DNA of 61,561 nucleotides, filler included, from Choristocarpus tenellus KU-1152 (GCA_964200185.2; 11 parts of 11 records of this genome joined end to end with filler, not necessarily neighbours in it); one strand, 5' to 3'; shown: positions 1 to 12,559, counted from the whole stretch's first letter. Translations and numbers: made by a program. Notes: generated by a model not told the origin, from the sequence alone.

Positions 1-72
1 AAAAAAAGTGAAAATCGAAAAACGGGTGAAAAACGGACGCCGACACTCCCCCCCCCCCAGATACTTTGACCC
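1..72 (-). mobile_element. MITE subfamily B2 end, truncated by window start
   Basis: Reverse complement reads GGGTCAAAGTATCTGGGGG...GTGTCGGCGTCCGTTTTTCACCCGTTTTTCGATTTTCAC, matching 36863-36931 and 61480-61561. Confidence 0.85.
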
Positions 73-1159
73 TGGATGATATCTCTCTAGAACTCAAGAC
101 TGTAATAATAACAGCACATAGTTCTCCTAAATATGATTTGTAGGATGGAAGTAGAGCAGAAGAGATGTCTGGTTTGTTGTTTAAAAGACAGTTGAGTGGA
201 GGCCGCGTTACTCCCTGAACACAGGGTAATTTACATCATATAGATTCACTAACACAAGCTCCATAATTTTGGTAAAGGTAGTGAGATACAAGGCATGTGT
301 AGAGCAACAGAATTTTCATGAGACTAAGAATTTAGATTTTCTGTTATACCTTTGCCCTGACGACATGACTTGTACGTTTAAGACCTTTCACTTTCAGGCG
401 CTAAGCTATTTAACATATGACCCTCCCCGCCCCTGTTCCCCAGCATCCCAGTCAGTCGTGGGCAATCGAAAGGGTGGGTGGGTTGGAAAGATTGCTCAGA
501 GGTTGCCTTGTTCTAGTCCTGCTTGTCCTGTCCCACCAACCTCAAGTTTTTCTTATGTTCTGATCCATCCATCCCTACCTCATGTTTCCGCCTACCACCC
601 ATTTCTTTCGACTTCTGTCCTACCTCTTCGGGGTCCTGAACACCCACTACTTAACTCTTCGTCCACCTTTTAATTATTTTCTTTTTTCTCTAACGAGGTC
701 TCTCTTCCCCATAGATCATTCCTCCCATAAATCCCTCTCCCCAATAGTCAGGTTACTTCATATACTTCCCCTTTTCCAAAATATTCGAATTCCAAATGAA
801 AGAATATACATGAAAGATATCACCACCAGAGTACCTACCTTGCAGAACAATTAGGTATTTGGTTATCAAACCACAAAAATATTAAATTACATTTTTTGAC
901 AGCAAACAACAATCAAGGGAACAACATTGTCCATGTATACTCGTAAAATACTTTTCTTCACAAACGAAAGTTTATGGGAGGAACTTTCTGCGATCAAACG
1001 TAGTGTTTGTTGGGTGTTGCACTTGGTACACACTAACGGATATTGAATTTTATTCTCTCATCCTCCCACATAAATTGTTTCTCCATACCACTTCATCTCT
1101 CATATCAACTCTGAAAGATATATCACTTTGTTCACAATACCGCCCATAACTTAAAAAAA

Positions 1160-4100
1160 ATGCAACGACCAAACTCCATATTATCCTTTTCCCCAGTCCC
1201 ACCTTCTCTTCTAGGGAAGAAACTCAAGGTGACGGGCGGTAAGGTTTCGAGGTGTGATGGGCAACCACAGAGGGGATCGAAACAATATTGGGATCAGACC
1301 TGGACCTCCATTTGTTTCCTATGTTTTCTTACAGCAATAATATATTTTGGTTGTGTATTCTTCGCATCAACAGGGGATGCGGTCCTATCCTCTAACTTCG
1401 AAGGAGGGCGGCGAATGGCCGTGGTAGTCCCAGCTTTTGATGGGGATGTCGATCGAGCTCTGCGATCTGTTCGACATTGGCCTTCAAAGTGCTCTGATTC
1501 AACACGAACAAACATGGATCTCATACTCTACTACGCTGGGAAGGAGGACAATAGTTCAACTGCGGTCTTCAATGATCTCAGAGAAATGGATTCTACTTGC
1601 TTCACGTCGATGAGGCTTGTATATGGACGCCTTACGGAAGAGGTGCGATGTTTATATTTGTCTGAGGATTTCTCATGTGTGCCCGTTTCCTCTTTATCCT
1701 AACCAACTGTACTTCGAAGCAAATCCGGTCTAACTACTCTCCATTGATCTCGCTACTCACCATTGATCTCACTACTCACCATTGATGCCCTTGCATACGC
1801 CCTGCTCCCCTCTTGTATTGCCTGTTACAGGAGATGGCTTACCCAATAGGTCCCTCGGTCCAGTTCTTCAAAATGTTCTTGGATGAAGGGGTGAAGGAAC
1901 ACTTCTCTTGCTACGATATGCTTGCTTGGATTGAGTGGGATGTCATTGTCACGCACGATACTTCGTTTGAACGACTCTACTTGGCGGCTTTTTCCAATGA
2001 CGAGCCATTTTGGGTGAAGGGCAGCACGCTTGCTGGGGACAACTTCCACACAACTTCAGCTTTGGCAGGATCCTGGCATATTCTCGGTCACCTCAATGGC
2101 AACGCAATCTACAGTAACACTGACCCAACATTCAAAGAGTTCCTGAGCTATGCAAGAGCCCAATGGGGCTACAGCTACCCCTTTGACGTGGTGATGTGGG
2201 CCACCGTATCAGACTTTCCGTATAGCTGGCCACTGTGGCAACGATACTCCCGCAAATTTGTGACTTCAAGTTTGGTGAGTTGGTGGAAGAAGAAACTGTA
2301 CGTAGTGTCTAGTGCCTCGCAGGGATATAGTAGGTTACAGTAATCTATAACACACGAACGTCGCTTCTTGTTCCAACTTATGCACGTTCACACAGGGACA
2401 GTATTTTATCACCAGCAGCCCCCTCTTCTGTGGAGTACTCTAACCTGTTTTCCATTCTTTTCCATACGACTGATGGCATGTTTTTCCATGTAGGTGCACA
2501 CTCGAACTCAAAACTCCCGCATTGCTGATATAGAATGACCCGAACTCTCTTGTCTGTTCAGATTTCAAACATCGGTTTTGTTGATGTGAGCAATAGGGCA
2601 GTGGAGAATGCAATAAGTGGGGATACCCTATTTATTCATGGGAGCAGTAGTGGAGGAGGGAGCAGAAAGCATGGCAGTAGAAGTGCAGTATTGAACTCCC
2701 CTGCGCATATCTCTGTCGGTGGAGATGAGTGTACACAGCTATGTGGGAGTGATCACAGACTCCTGCCCAAGGGCACAAGTACTGTGTGCGACCCTTCGTG
2801 CTCATTAGTAACAGGTAAGCTGCAACTGCGCTTTGGAGGCTTCCTTTGTGGGGCTGGTGATGAGCTCAAATATGGAAAGGGCTGCCGTCTTTGCTACACT
2901 GACCTGGAGGAGGCGCAGAAAGCGGATATCGCACTGGAGGATAGCTTGATGCGAGGTATGGACGGAGGGGTCAACGAGGCTTGCCATGAACGTCCACATG
3001 TAATCATGTGCGATACGCTTGCACCACCACCAGCTAAGAAATGTCACACAGGGTGCACTTCTCAAAATAATGCGGTGAGTTAGAAGGGTGACTGATCCAT
3101 ATATATATATATACTTAGTGTACATGTATATATCTTTCGCAGATCCGAAAGTTTTATGGTGTCATGCAGCACTGACTAAAAGAGTGAGATGTTCTTGGAT
3201 TTCTGTTAATTTTCTCACCACCCTGGACACCTTGTTTGTAGTTCTATGTAGTAGCACTTTCTCACCAAAGAGCAGTTGAAGAGACAAATTATAGCAATCT
3301 TCCAGTGACTTGCTACATACAATGTGTAACTCAGGCAGGCATTGTGCCAGGTGGTCTTGCATGTCTTCACACACTCCAGTGACATATTCCTCTACTCCAA
3401 CGCCCTCATTCGTTGGAATGTGCATTCTGATTGTACCAGGTTTGTGATGCCACTTGCATTGATCAGCGCTACGGAGGTTACAATTGCAATTTTAGAGGAT
3501 ACGGCACTACATGTCGTTCATGCTTCAATGATGAGAAGATAGCCCGAGAAGCGGACACCATTGCTCGTCTCGAAGGTGGAAGGGTAGTAATGTGCAACAC
3601 TCATGAGCCCCCATTGCCACAGTTCTGCTCACAGACTGTTGATGAGGACGAGAAGTTTGCTATGGAATTTGCCATGGAAGGTGGTTCTTTGGAGGGCGAT
3701 CCTGGGACACCTGAGAGTACAGCATTGGAGCAAAAGCCATACAGGCTAGCCAGTCTCAACTACAGACATTACTGTGTGGTACTACGTGGCTACCAGAACG
3801 TGCATGCTGAAATAATCTTGACAGTGGAGAGTGTACGTCACTTTATGGAAGGAGCGACCATTGCCATTGCAACACACCCAACAGCATTCTTTTCTTTCAA
3901 CAGGTGAGAGAAGTATCGAATTCTTGCTTGGCAGGTTTCAATTTCTTGCTTGGTGGGTTTGGGCTAAATAAGAGGAGTTTGAAGCATAAAGCAGCGTGGC
4001 AAGTGTCTTTTTCCATCTAGAGGTGAAAGGTAGGTAGAGGTGAACCTCTTCTGCAGTGTTGTTTCATGATAGGTGCATACCCCTGGTTTTATCCTGCTCA

Positions 4101-7100
4101 GTGTTTTGAGCATTGCTTCAAACCTGTATACTAGAACAGGAGTGTCAATCTAAAGCTTCTATCACATACATTTCCGGAGGTAGGCTTGCCCAACACTTGA
4201 TGAACATATCTAGGCGTAATATTTAGTGCTGATAGAGTCTTATCCCTACAAGCACACCAGGGTTTTATTATTGTGTATGTGCAAATAGCTGGTCTTCAAA
4301 CGAACTCTAATCACTATAATGTTTTCTTTTAATTCTGACAGAGAAAAGGCATTAGTGTAAGTAGTCCGTTGTTTGTAGAATTTCAGGTGGTGGATATTTG
4401 AAACATGTTCTGAAATCTGTGGTTGTTGCTGGTAACAAAGTCAGTCGGTGAGAATGATTTATACCTGGTGAAGGAAAGCACCATAGATTGCTCTTAGTAT
4501 AGTCGTGGTGTACCTACCACTCATTGAGTGTGATATTGTGTATAGTGGGCTACTATATATTCATCTCTTTATACTTGAAAGCATTGGTTACAATATATCA
4601 TATTTAACCGGCAAACAGTTGGAAATACACGGCTACTAACAGCCGAATCAAATTGACCATAGCCCACTCAACCAGCACATAAGAGGTGATGACGTTGGAA
4701 TCATACAAGAACCCCAACTGCCCAGATCTGTAGGAGCCAAAGACTATCATGCACAGTCTGATACATTTCTTGTTGCCTTGTCTGCTGTTCTTTCTTTGAA
4801 AATATAATCGACAGTACACAGTGGAAAACGTTGTGATGCACTGTAGTTGTAGTCAGCAGTAGTATCTCGAATCACACTCAATTCGCAAAAGCTATTGACC
4901 GGCACTGGAGCATTAGGTTTCTCTGTGTAGTATGATGGCTACATACTACACAACACCTACAAAATGTCACTGGAAAACAATAAAATTTAGTCATATTGTT
5001 CTAGATAAATCCTATTCAGTATATGTATATGTATGCAATCTATCAGTGTTACAAAATCAAAAGGACTGGTGAGTACAAATATAGAAATCGACTCAAAACG
5101 TCCTCTGTTATTCGACTTAAATCGATATCTGCATGGCACAAGGGGTTAGGTGGGCTAATGATCGAACCAATTGATTGTAACCCCTCGATTTTCAGTTTTT
5201 ATCGTTTGATTAAATATTTTACAGGTGTTCACATTAGTCTGAGAGGTCTTGAACCCGTGGTGAAAGGTATTTGAGCGAAAATATTTTAAAGGGTGCGATT
5301 TTTGCCCTGTTTGTCCGTTTGGGGCTTGGCTTCCCATGGTTGTTTTATGACATTTCCTACTCCAAAATGTTTACTCCAAAATGTTTTGGAGTAGGAAAAT
5401 GTGTACGTTATTAATAGGTGTGTCTAAGCAAGGATATTGACACTCCCTAAGAAACACGATAGCCAAAATTACATCAAAGTGGCAACATTGGATTTTGGCC
5501 CCCAAATGGACACGCCCCCAAATGGACATGACTCTACCCTCTAAGATACTTTGGCTCACTTAGAAAAAAGAAATATATACAACACTTGAAAAAAACAGAT
5601 ACAGCAAAAGAATACATACAATGAAAAAAAGATAAAGACTAATGAGAAACCTCGATGTAGCAAAAAAGGGTAGCCAGGAGGAACCCAGGCATAGGGTATT
5701 GGCCCCCAATATTTTAGAGAGGACACCATTATCGTCTTCAAACATCACCAGGTCCAATGGGAATACGGGGGAAATGAATCTATGATCACTCTAGTTCGAT
5801 CCTCTCCGAATATCACTCATCGTATGTTGCATGAAGGAAAGAGGAACCTGAGCGAAAGTATCTTAGAGGGTACGATTTTTTCCCTGTTTGTCCATTTGGA
5901 GCTTGGCTTCCCACGGGTTTATTATGACAATTTACCTACTCCGAAACATTTTGGAGTAGGAAATGTATACGTTATGAAAAGGTGTGTCTGGAACAACGAT
6001 ATTGACACTTCCTAACAAACACAATAGCCAAAATTACATCAAAATCGCAACATTGGATTTTTCTCCCCAAACGGACACGGCTCTACCCTCTATGATACTT
6101 TCACTCACCTGAGAATAACGAACCCAAAAAAGAAAAGACCATGAGGGAAATCAGTGTTCAGCAGACACTGGCGAGTTTCATGTGCTCTGGTTACTAGGAC
6201 TGCCTTAGTTACTGTTTCAGCATGGTGCGCAACAACTATCACAGCTTCCCTGCAATATCAAACTTCCATTAATCTCTTTGTGCCACCAACCACGCACTTG
6301 TACCACCTATGTTAGTTTGCTACCCTTGAACCCCATCCCTCAATCATGTCCAAATTTCTGGAGGTCATCTTTTCAGGGATAATCCACCAGTTCTTCTACT
6401 GTTCACCTTGCTCCCATGTCCATCTCCAACTTCCCCAAAATCCGACGCCATTGGAAGTCACTTTACCCCATGCATGCAACTGACCCTGCGAACTGGAGTC
6501 TACTTCTTTGTACAGTCGCCTTGATGCTGTCAAAATAAGTCTTAACGGGGGCATTTTTGTAGGGTAGAGTATGATCAGTACATTTCTGTTCGCTAAATCC
6601 AATTCCAGGAAGAAGAAATTTGTGAGTGTGAGAGAGCCAAGCTTCATAAGAATAATTGTCACTTGGTTGCTAAATACATAGCATTCCTTCTTTTCTAACA
6701 GTGGCACATCGTCTATGCAAGCATCCGTGGCAACCCAATAATACTCAGTACTTCAGATAGTCTTCATAGCACACCAACACGTACTTTTATGCACGTGCTC
6801 TGGAGTACTTGCACATATGTAGTAAGGCAGGCTGAGCAATCTTTTCGTCCTTTTATGAAGAGTTGTTTGTAAAGAGACATCTTCATATCTTTTTTTTCCT
6901 CTGGTAGTAAACCAGCCCGGCTGGCTGGACTGGAATTGCAGGCTGGTCTGTGGCCTAGTCTGGTCACATGTCTGACAGCCCTGGACCAGCTCTATTAGAA
7001 CATATTTCACAGAGACCAATCCACAGCCTGATTCAGTTCAATTCCCTAACGGGCCTGGCCAATATGATACTGTGGAGTATGATAGTCGAATGGACTTCGT

Positions 7101-9710
7101 CTAGATAGGTTGGACCCACTTGTCTAAAGATGCTCAGCAACAAACCCTCAAGTTGTCCAAAATGCATGCGGAAATAAAGGATCGTGTTTGAGTGGAGGAA
7201 AACAAAAGGTCATACGATTTTTGACTTGATAGTAGTAGTCTACTACATACTACTATTTATTTGTTTCGGCGTTTCAATGATAAACTTTTTTGAAAAACTG
7301 AGGATAATTATATATGTTGTAAAACTCTGGAAAATAAATTCGAACTATCTCTTACCATACGAATTTAGGACATAATTGACGAACACACCCATTTTACTCA
7401 GTGTGTATTCTATTTTTTATACAACGCGGTTTCCACAGCACTCGCAAACATATACCAACATATGCATTCACTCTGCATGCATTTTCTTGCGGCACAATGC
7501 ATTCTACTCTCAGTAAGGTCGTCTATGCCTTTTATTGAGCATCTGATGATTGCCCAGAGCATTTTATTCCCCAGATACCTTTCTTGACTTCTTGTAGGTT
7601 CATTTCCACAACATTTTACTGGTATGTACTCCCCAGTATAACTATGCCCACCAATATTTTGAATTTTTTGTTGGCTTGTCTAGTTTTCGAAGTAGCCAGT
7701 CACATACTCAACAAATCCTTGGATTGATTTTGACGGTTAGTGCAAAAACGTTACCTAAAAAATATATTATTGTTCTACCCTTATTCTGTCTTTTCTTTCC
7801 CGTTTCTGGCTGCAAGTCTGATGTTCATTGCAGTTATTACATGGGCCTCACTAGCTCTTTGAAGCTACGTGCGCTCCCCTTCAGACTCCTTATTCTTCAC
7901 CTTGCACAATGAGAATATTGAAATGGTTTTCCTGCATGATTATCCCATAGCACAATGATCTGCTCTCTTAATGTCTGTGCATGGTGCCTCCTGATTTGCA
8001 CAGGACCTTCGGCGCAGTCCCTGGCGTGACAGTCCACAACTCAACTAGAGTTGAATATGCAGAACTTTGGGGAGATAAAATGTGTGACAACACAACAAGT
8101 CTAATCTACTATATTGAGGCTGGTACCATTCTCATGCGAGAACCTCTCACCAAGGATGCCTATTCATCCAGTGGGGAGTTATTGGTGGAGTGGCATGACG
8201 TAGAAGAAGTTTCCACGGCCCACCAGGGGCGTGCCTCCATCAGCTCAATCCTATTTGGCATTGATGCTCCATCATTTACGTATGGTACGGATCTCATCCT
8301 TCCGAGAGAACTCAATGCAGAGCTGAGAAAAAAACTATCACATCTGACTTTGGCACAGAAGGGGGATTTCAGCCATCTTAATGAGGAGCTGGCCATAGCA
8401 GAGTACCTTGACCAGTATCACAACCCTGTCGGCTCGGTGAGCGTGTCAATTCCTGAGGTGAGTATGAAATATGTGATCGAATTTTGATATGGCCACCTTA
8501 CGGAATGAGGGCCAACATGATGCAATAGGTAGTTGGAACCAGAAGTCAACCCCAAACCCATCAATAGCAGCAATGGATTATTTGTTTTGGCAAAGCAAAT
8601 ACTGTCAGCATTAGTGTTGTAAATCATATTGGATGTTGTGGGCAAGATGAGTGCTTTTTGTACCGAGCACCAGCGGAACCTTGTCTTAACCTTGCATGCT
8701 CAGCTCATACCTTTTTAGATTATTGGATGGAATGTGCCCATTCCTAGGGTTAGGGCTAGAAAAAAAGACAGCCACAAAAGAAGAAATAAATGTTCACAAT
8801 CCACCTGATTTATGCAAAGTTAAGGCTGAGTATGAAGACATCCACCCAAGTGAGCATGTACTGGATCCGAATGCAGCAGCATCTCAACACTACAATATTT
8901 GTATTATGGGCTACAAGATCGCTGCATCCACCTTGCCACACCTAATATCAATGCCCTTTTTCTTCTCTCCCATGTTGAACCCTTCCACCGACATACAACA
9001 GATGCTAGCATCCCTAGCCTTTGCAAGGAATTACCCTGGACTTCAATTCATCAACAGTGTTCATTGGACGAGGACCAACATTTTTAGCGCTGTCTCAGTG
9101 TGGGAAATCCCTCTTATTAAACCATCCTTCAGCTGCTCAGTGGACATGAGGCTTGCGTATATGGGGTATGATTTGAGTTCGCAACTCAGAATTCTTCTTC
9201 AGTCCTTCAAAGTCAAGGGACGAACCTGTGAAACAGGTTTTTTTGATCTCCCAACAACTGGCTTGGGGGTACGACCTGGTGTGGAGTATGGACCAGCTGC
9301 TGGCTTGCCCATGCCTCGGATAGAAGAGTATGATATTAGCATCATGTACCGTACGTTTTCTACTGATGCCTTCCTCTTTGAGGTATCTCTCTTGACCGTC
9401 ATCGATCACTTTCCATCTGCGCGTGAGGTTGTAGTTGTGGTGGATGAGGGAGACAAGGATCTCTTTGTAAACATTTTGAAGCCGCACACTGTGAACGCAC
9501 CCTTCCCCATACGGATTGTTCTGGAGCCAACCCTGATGGACTATGACATACAGGAGAAATATTCTAGGCTACTTGCCGACTTATATTGCGAAGGAGACTT
9601 CATTGTACATATGAGCTCGGATGCAGTCATCATAGAGGACGTGACTTATGATCACATGTTCAAGTTTGGCAAGCCTGTCCTTCCGTTCAGACGTTACCGT
9701 CATGATGCAG
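1160..9710 (+). CDS. Type-II membrane multi-domain glycosyltransferase-like protein: TM, GT-A-like domain, two Cys-rich repeats, degenerate DUF6492-like domain, DUF6492-like domain; 3' end unresolved
   Basis: Phase-consistent GT-AG exons 1160-1642, 1831-2274, 2562-3074, 3440-3903, 8004-8457, 9002-9710. N-terminal hydrophobic anchor ICFLCFLTAIIYFGCVFF. Motifs VVVPAF, YPIGP, WIEWDV, FWVKGS, HLNGNAIY; later SIMYRTF, EVVVVVDE, YSRLLADLYCEGDFIVHMSSD. Domain names are from recalled motifs. Confidence 0.8.
1734..1787 (+). repeat. 19-bp tandem repeat (CTACTCACCATTGATCTCR, about 2.8 copies) in intron 1
   Basis: Direct reading. Confidence 0.85.
5273..5557 (+). mobile_element. MITE family A copy 1 (intronic)
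   Basis: Degenerate left TIR GAGCGAAAATATTTTAAAGGG, right TIR CCCTCTAAGATACTTTGGCTC; flanks ATTT/ACTT; two small internal duplications. Confidence 0.9.
5850..6106 (+). mobile_element. MITE family A copy 2 (intronic; central hairpin inverted)
   Basis: GAGCGAAAGTATCTTAGAGGGTA...TACCCTCTATGATACTTTCACTC; perfect 4-bp TSD ACCT. Confidence 0.95.
6130..6860 (-). pseudogene. Probable decayed DIRS/Ngaro-type RT/RNase H relic in intron 4
   Basis: Minus-strand fragments in the expected order: LPYYICASTPEHVHK (LPFG..AP..F.K), ACIDDV (Y.DD), LMKLG..FLELDLANRNV...PTK, GWG. Several stops and frameshifts. Confidence 0.35.
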
Positions 9711-10786
9711 GTGAGATAATGCCTGATGCCTTGACAGTTTTCAAAGCAGGACAGTAATGTCGAGATGAAGATACCACTGCATGAGTCTAGTTCCACTCCA
9801 CCATGGTATCCCATTCTCTCAACAGTAACAGAACATAGCACCATGTTTCATGAGATATAGGAGTTTGGTAGACTGTAAGGTGAAAAAATATAATCACCAC
9901 AGGAATTGGTGGAGGCAATGTATGTGCGTTTACCTTGTAGGTTTCCATATTTATTTACTAATGTATGTTTTTTTAAAAGAAAACCACTGCGCATATGGTG
10001 TTCAGATCCCCATTGGCGTCACATTGATCTGATATAGATGACAAATTGCCTCAGCTTTCTAACGATACTACTTTGGCCGCCTTGTCCATCTGCTTTGTTT
10101 CTTACATTGTTTCTAAATCGCACTCATAGTGCCAATCCAGGAGTAGCTTCAGTTCTGTGTATCACCATGTGTTTATTGTTTTTCAAGACAATGTCCAACA
10201 CCTGCAGTGTATTTTGGAGGCGATTGTTTATTATTTCGAATATTACAAAGTATATTACAACAACTAGCGTATAACAAGAACTTTATTGAAAGTAATACAG
10301 AGTCCGTAATATTATCTTGTAGGGTGCTTCTCCCCTTCCCCATGATAGCATGTGCAAGATACAAATGTGAGTTTCAATACCGTATAGGTACAACATGGCC
10401 TATCCACAAGAATACAGATATATGCGAGGGATGGTCAAATTGTTGGTTTATTGTTGGATGGACCACATCAAATTTGTACTCTGTAGTTGTTACTACTGGA
10501 TTTGCAGAGATGTCAGGGGATAACTGCGAGTTTATGCAGTAGTAGAAGTACCTGTATTCTAGTTGCTCTGAGATGTAAAAAACAGCAGGCCCTAAATGTA
10601 AGGAGCTTGCCTACTCCTTTATAATAGTTTCGTTTTTGTTCAACTCCCATGTAATGTAGTAGAACCCCAACACCCCTGCATGGTAGTGAGATGGTTCACT
10701 GAGAGGTAGTGACATACCTCCTACCAACTCTTTGACTCTAGTTGACATAACAACATACATCTGTGCTTCGTTCCACAGGGCATTCA

Positions 10787-11047
10787 GAATGAAAGTATCT
10801 TAGAGGGAACGAGTTTTGTCCTCTTTGTCCGTTTGGGGCTTGGCTTCCCCCGTTTAAAAAAAATGACATTTCACCTACTCTGAAATGTTTCGGAGTAGGT
10901 TTCATGTATTAATCTGTGAAAAGATGTGTCCAGAAGAAGGATATTGACATTTCCTAACAAACACGATAGCCAAAATGACATCAAAACCGCAACAACATTG
11001 GATTTTGGTCCCCAAATGGACGCGGGTCTTCCCTCTAACTTTGACTC
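10787..11047 (+). mobile_element. MITE family A copy 3
   Basis: GAATGAAAGTATCTTAGAGGG...CCCTCTAACTTTGACTC; perfect 4-bp TSD TTCA. Confidence 0.9.
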
Positions 11048-11108
11048 TTCATTTGAAGCCATGCTACCTTCAAACAGAATTTCTCCTTATCATATCATCA
11101 CCATTCAA

Positions 11109-11249
11109 TAGCAGATTTCAAAAATTGAGGATGGAGCTTTTCATTGAAGATGGGCTTGACCCAAAATTGACTAGGAGAAAGTTGATACAAAACATATCGA
11201 CACTTTATCCAAGTCAATTTTGGGTCAAGCCCATCCTCAATGAAAAGCT
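11109..11249. mobile_element. Foldback MITE family C, truncated at contig end
   Basis: Long internal inverted repeat AGCTTTTCATTGAAGATGGGCTTGACCCAAAATTGACT / AGTCAATTTTGGGTCAAGCCCATCCTCAATGAAAAGCT; homologous to 36412-36522. Confidence 0.85.
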
Positions 11250-11349
11250 NNNNNNNNNNNNNNNNNNNNNNNNNNNNNNNNNNNNNNNNNNNNTTAATTA
11301 ATTAANNNNNNNNNNNNNNNNNNNNNNNNNNNNNNNNNNNNNNNNNNNN
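11250..11349. other. Artificial contig linker (N-run with TTAATTAATTAA); the same linker occurs at about 15452, 27074, 36932, 40372, 44289, 49188, 51856, 56184 and 58909
   Basis: Ten near-identical ~100-nt N spacers containing a stop-codon linker. Confidence 0.97.
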
Positions 11350-11535
11350 GGGGGGGTGCGGGGGGGCGGGGGGGGGGGTGGCGGCTGCCCATTTGGGGTC
11401 AATTTTTCCATTTCTCGATTTTTGGGTGATTTGGTTGCATACGTCGGATGGATGATGTAAGTGCACGTTTCCTGATTTTGACCCAAATGGACACCCTGGC
11501 GTAGACTCCCCGCCCTTCCCCAGATACTTTGGGTC
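11350..11535 (+). mobile_element. MITE subfamily B1, nearly complete
   Basis: Poly-G, GTGGCGGCTGCCCATTTGGGGTCAATTTT...GACCCAAATGGACACCCTGG...CCCCAGATACTTTGGGTC; matches 51648-51811, 58840-58908 and 49288-49365. Confidence 0.9.
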
Positions 11536-12299
11536 ACATTCCTGTAAGACACCGTCCAGGGGTTTTGAATAGATCCCAATTTTCACTTCAGTGAACTAAG
11601 TATCTCTAGAGATTAGAGTTATGGCATTGGTTAGGGATTGACTATATGGGAAGAAAAATACACCCTGGTGACTGTTGCTGATATTGTATAAATCCAATTT
11701 CTTTACTCCACACATATTTTATTGTCTGTTATTATGCATATACTAATATTAGTATATCTGGGTGCTTGTGCTCTCCACCATTGCTTCATAGTCCGCCATA
11801 TTATCTCTACGATTTCTACTCCCCTAACTCTTCCAATCTTATCATAGCATTGTAGAGGTTGGACTGTGAAGAGTAAATGAATTGCTCTCAAGCTCCTCCC
11901 CATTATACAAAAGGTAGCAATCACTGCGTTGAGACGAACAACCAAGGGAGAGTAACACAATATTCGAAGGGATGGGGAACAATCGATTGCCCTCTCTCCA
12001 CAGAGGATATAGAAACTAGTACTTCACAGTGTGACTCCAAAGAAACTCGGAGGTCTACCTGGAACGATTGTCAATATACCTATCTCCCTCCAGTAACATC
12101 AACTCATGATATCTTCCTGGAAAAATATGTTTGTAACATCACATCCAATATCTACTTCATTATATTCAGAGTATTATTAACCTCCGGTACAACTAGTACT
12201 TATAGGCTGTATACTAATCTCAGTGGTAGTATCAATGCTCAATGGAGGAGCTCAAAAATTCGTCAACACATTTAATAGCACCCAGCACACAATGGTCAT

Positions 12300-12559
12300 G
12301 AGTGAAAGTATCTTAGAGGGTACGAGTTTTGCCCTGTTTAACCATTTGGGGTTTGGCTTCCCATGGGTTCTATTATGACATTTTCCTACTCCGAAAACGT
12401 TTTGAAGTAGGTAAAGTGTATACGTTAAGAAAAGATGTATCCAGAACAAGGATATTGACACTTCCTAACAAACATAATAGCCAAAATTACATCAAGATCA
12501 CAACATTGGATTTTGACCCCCAAATGGACGTGGCCGTGCCCTCTAAGATACTGTGGCTC
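12300..12559 (+). mobile_element. MITE family A copy 4
   Basis: GAGTGAAAGTATCTTAGAGGG...CCCTCTAAGATACTGTGGCTC; 3-bp TSD CAT. Confidence 0.92.

Noticed and set aside
11250-11349. Recurring TTAATTAATTAA motif inside N-runs, and any gene cluster or operon spanning them
   Set aside because: Artificial concatenation linker; neighbours across gaps are unrelated contigs.
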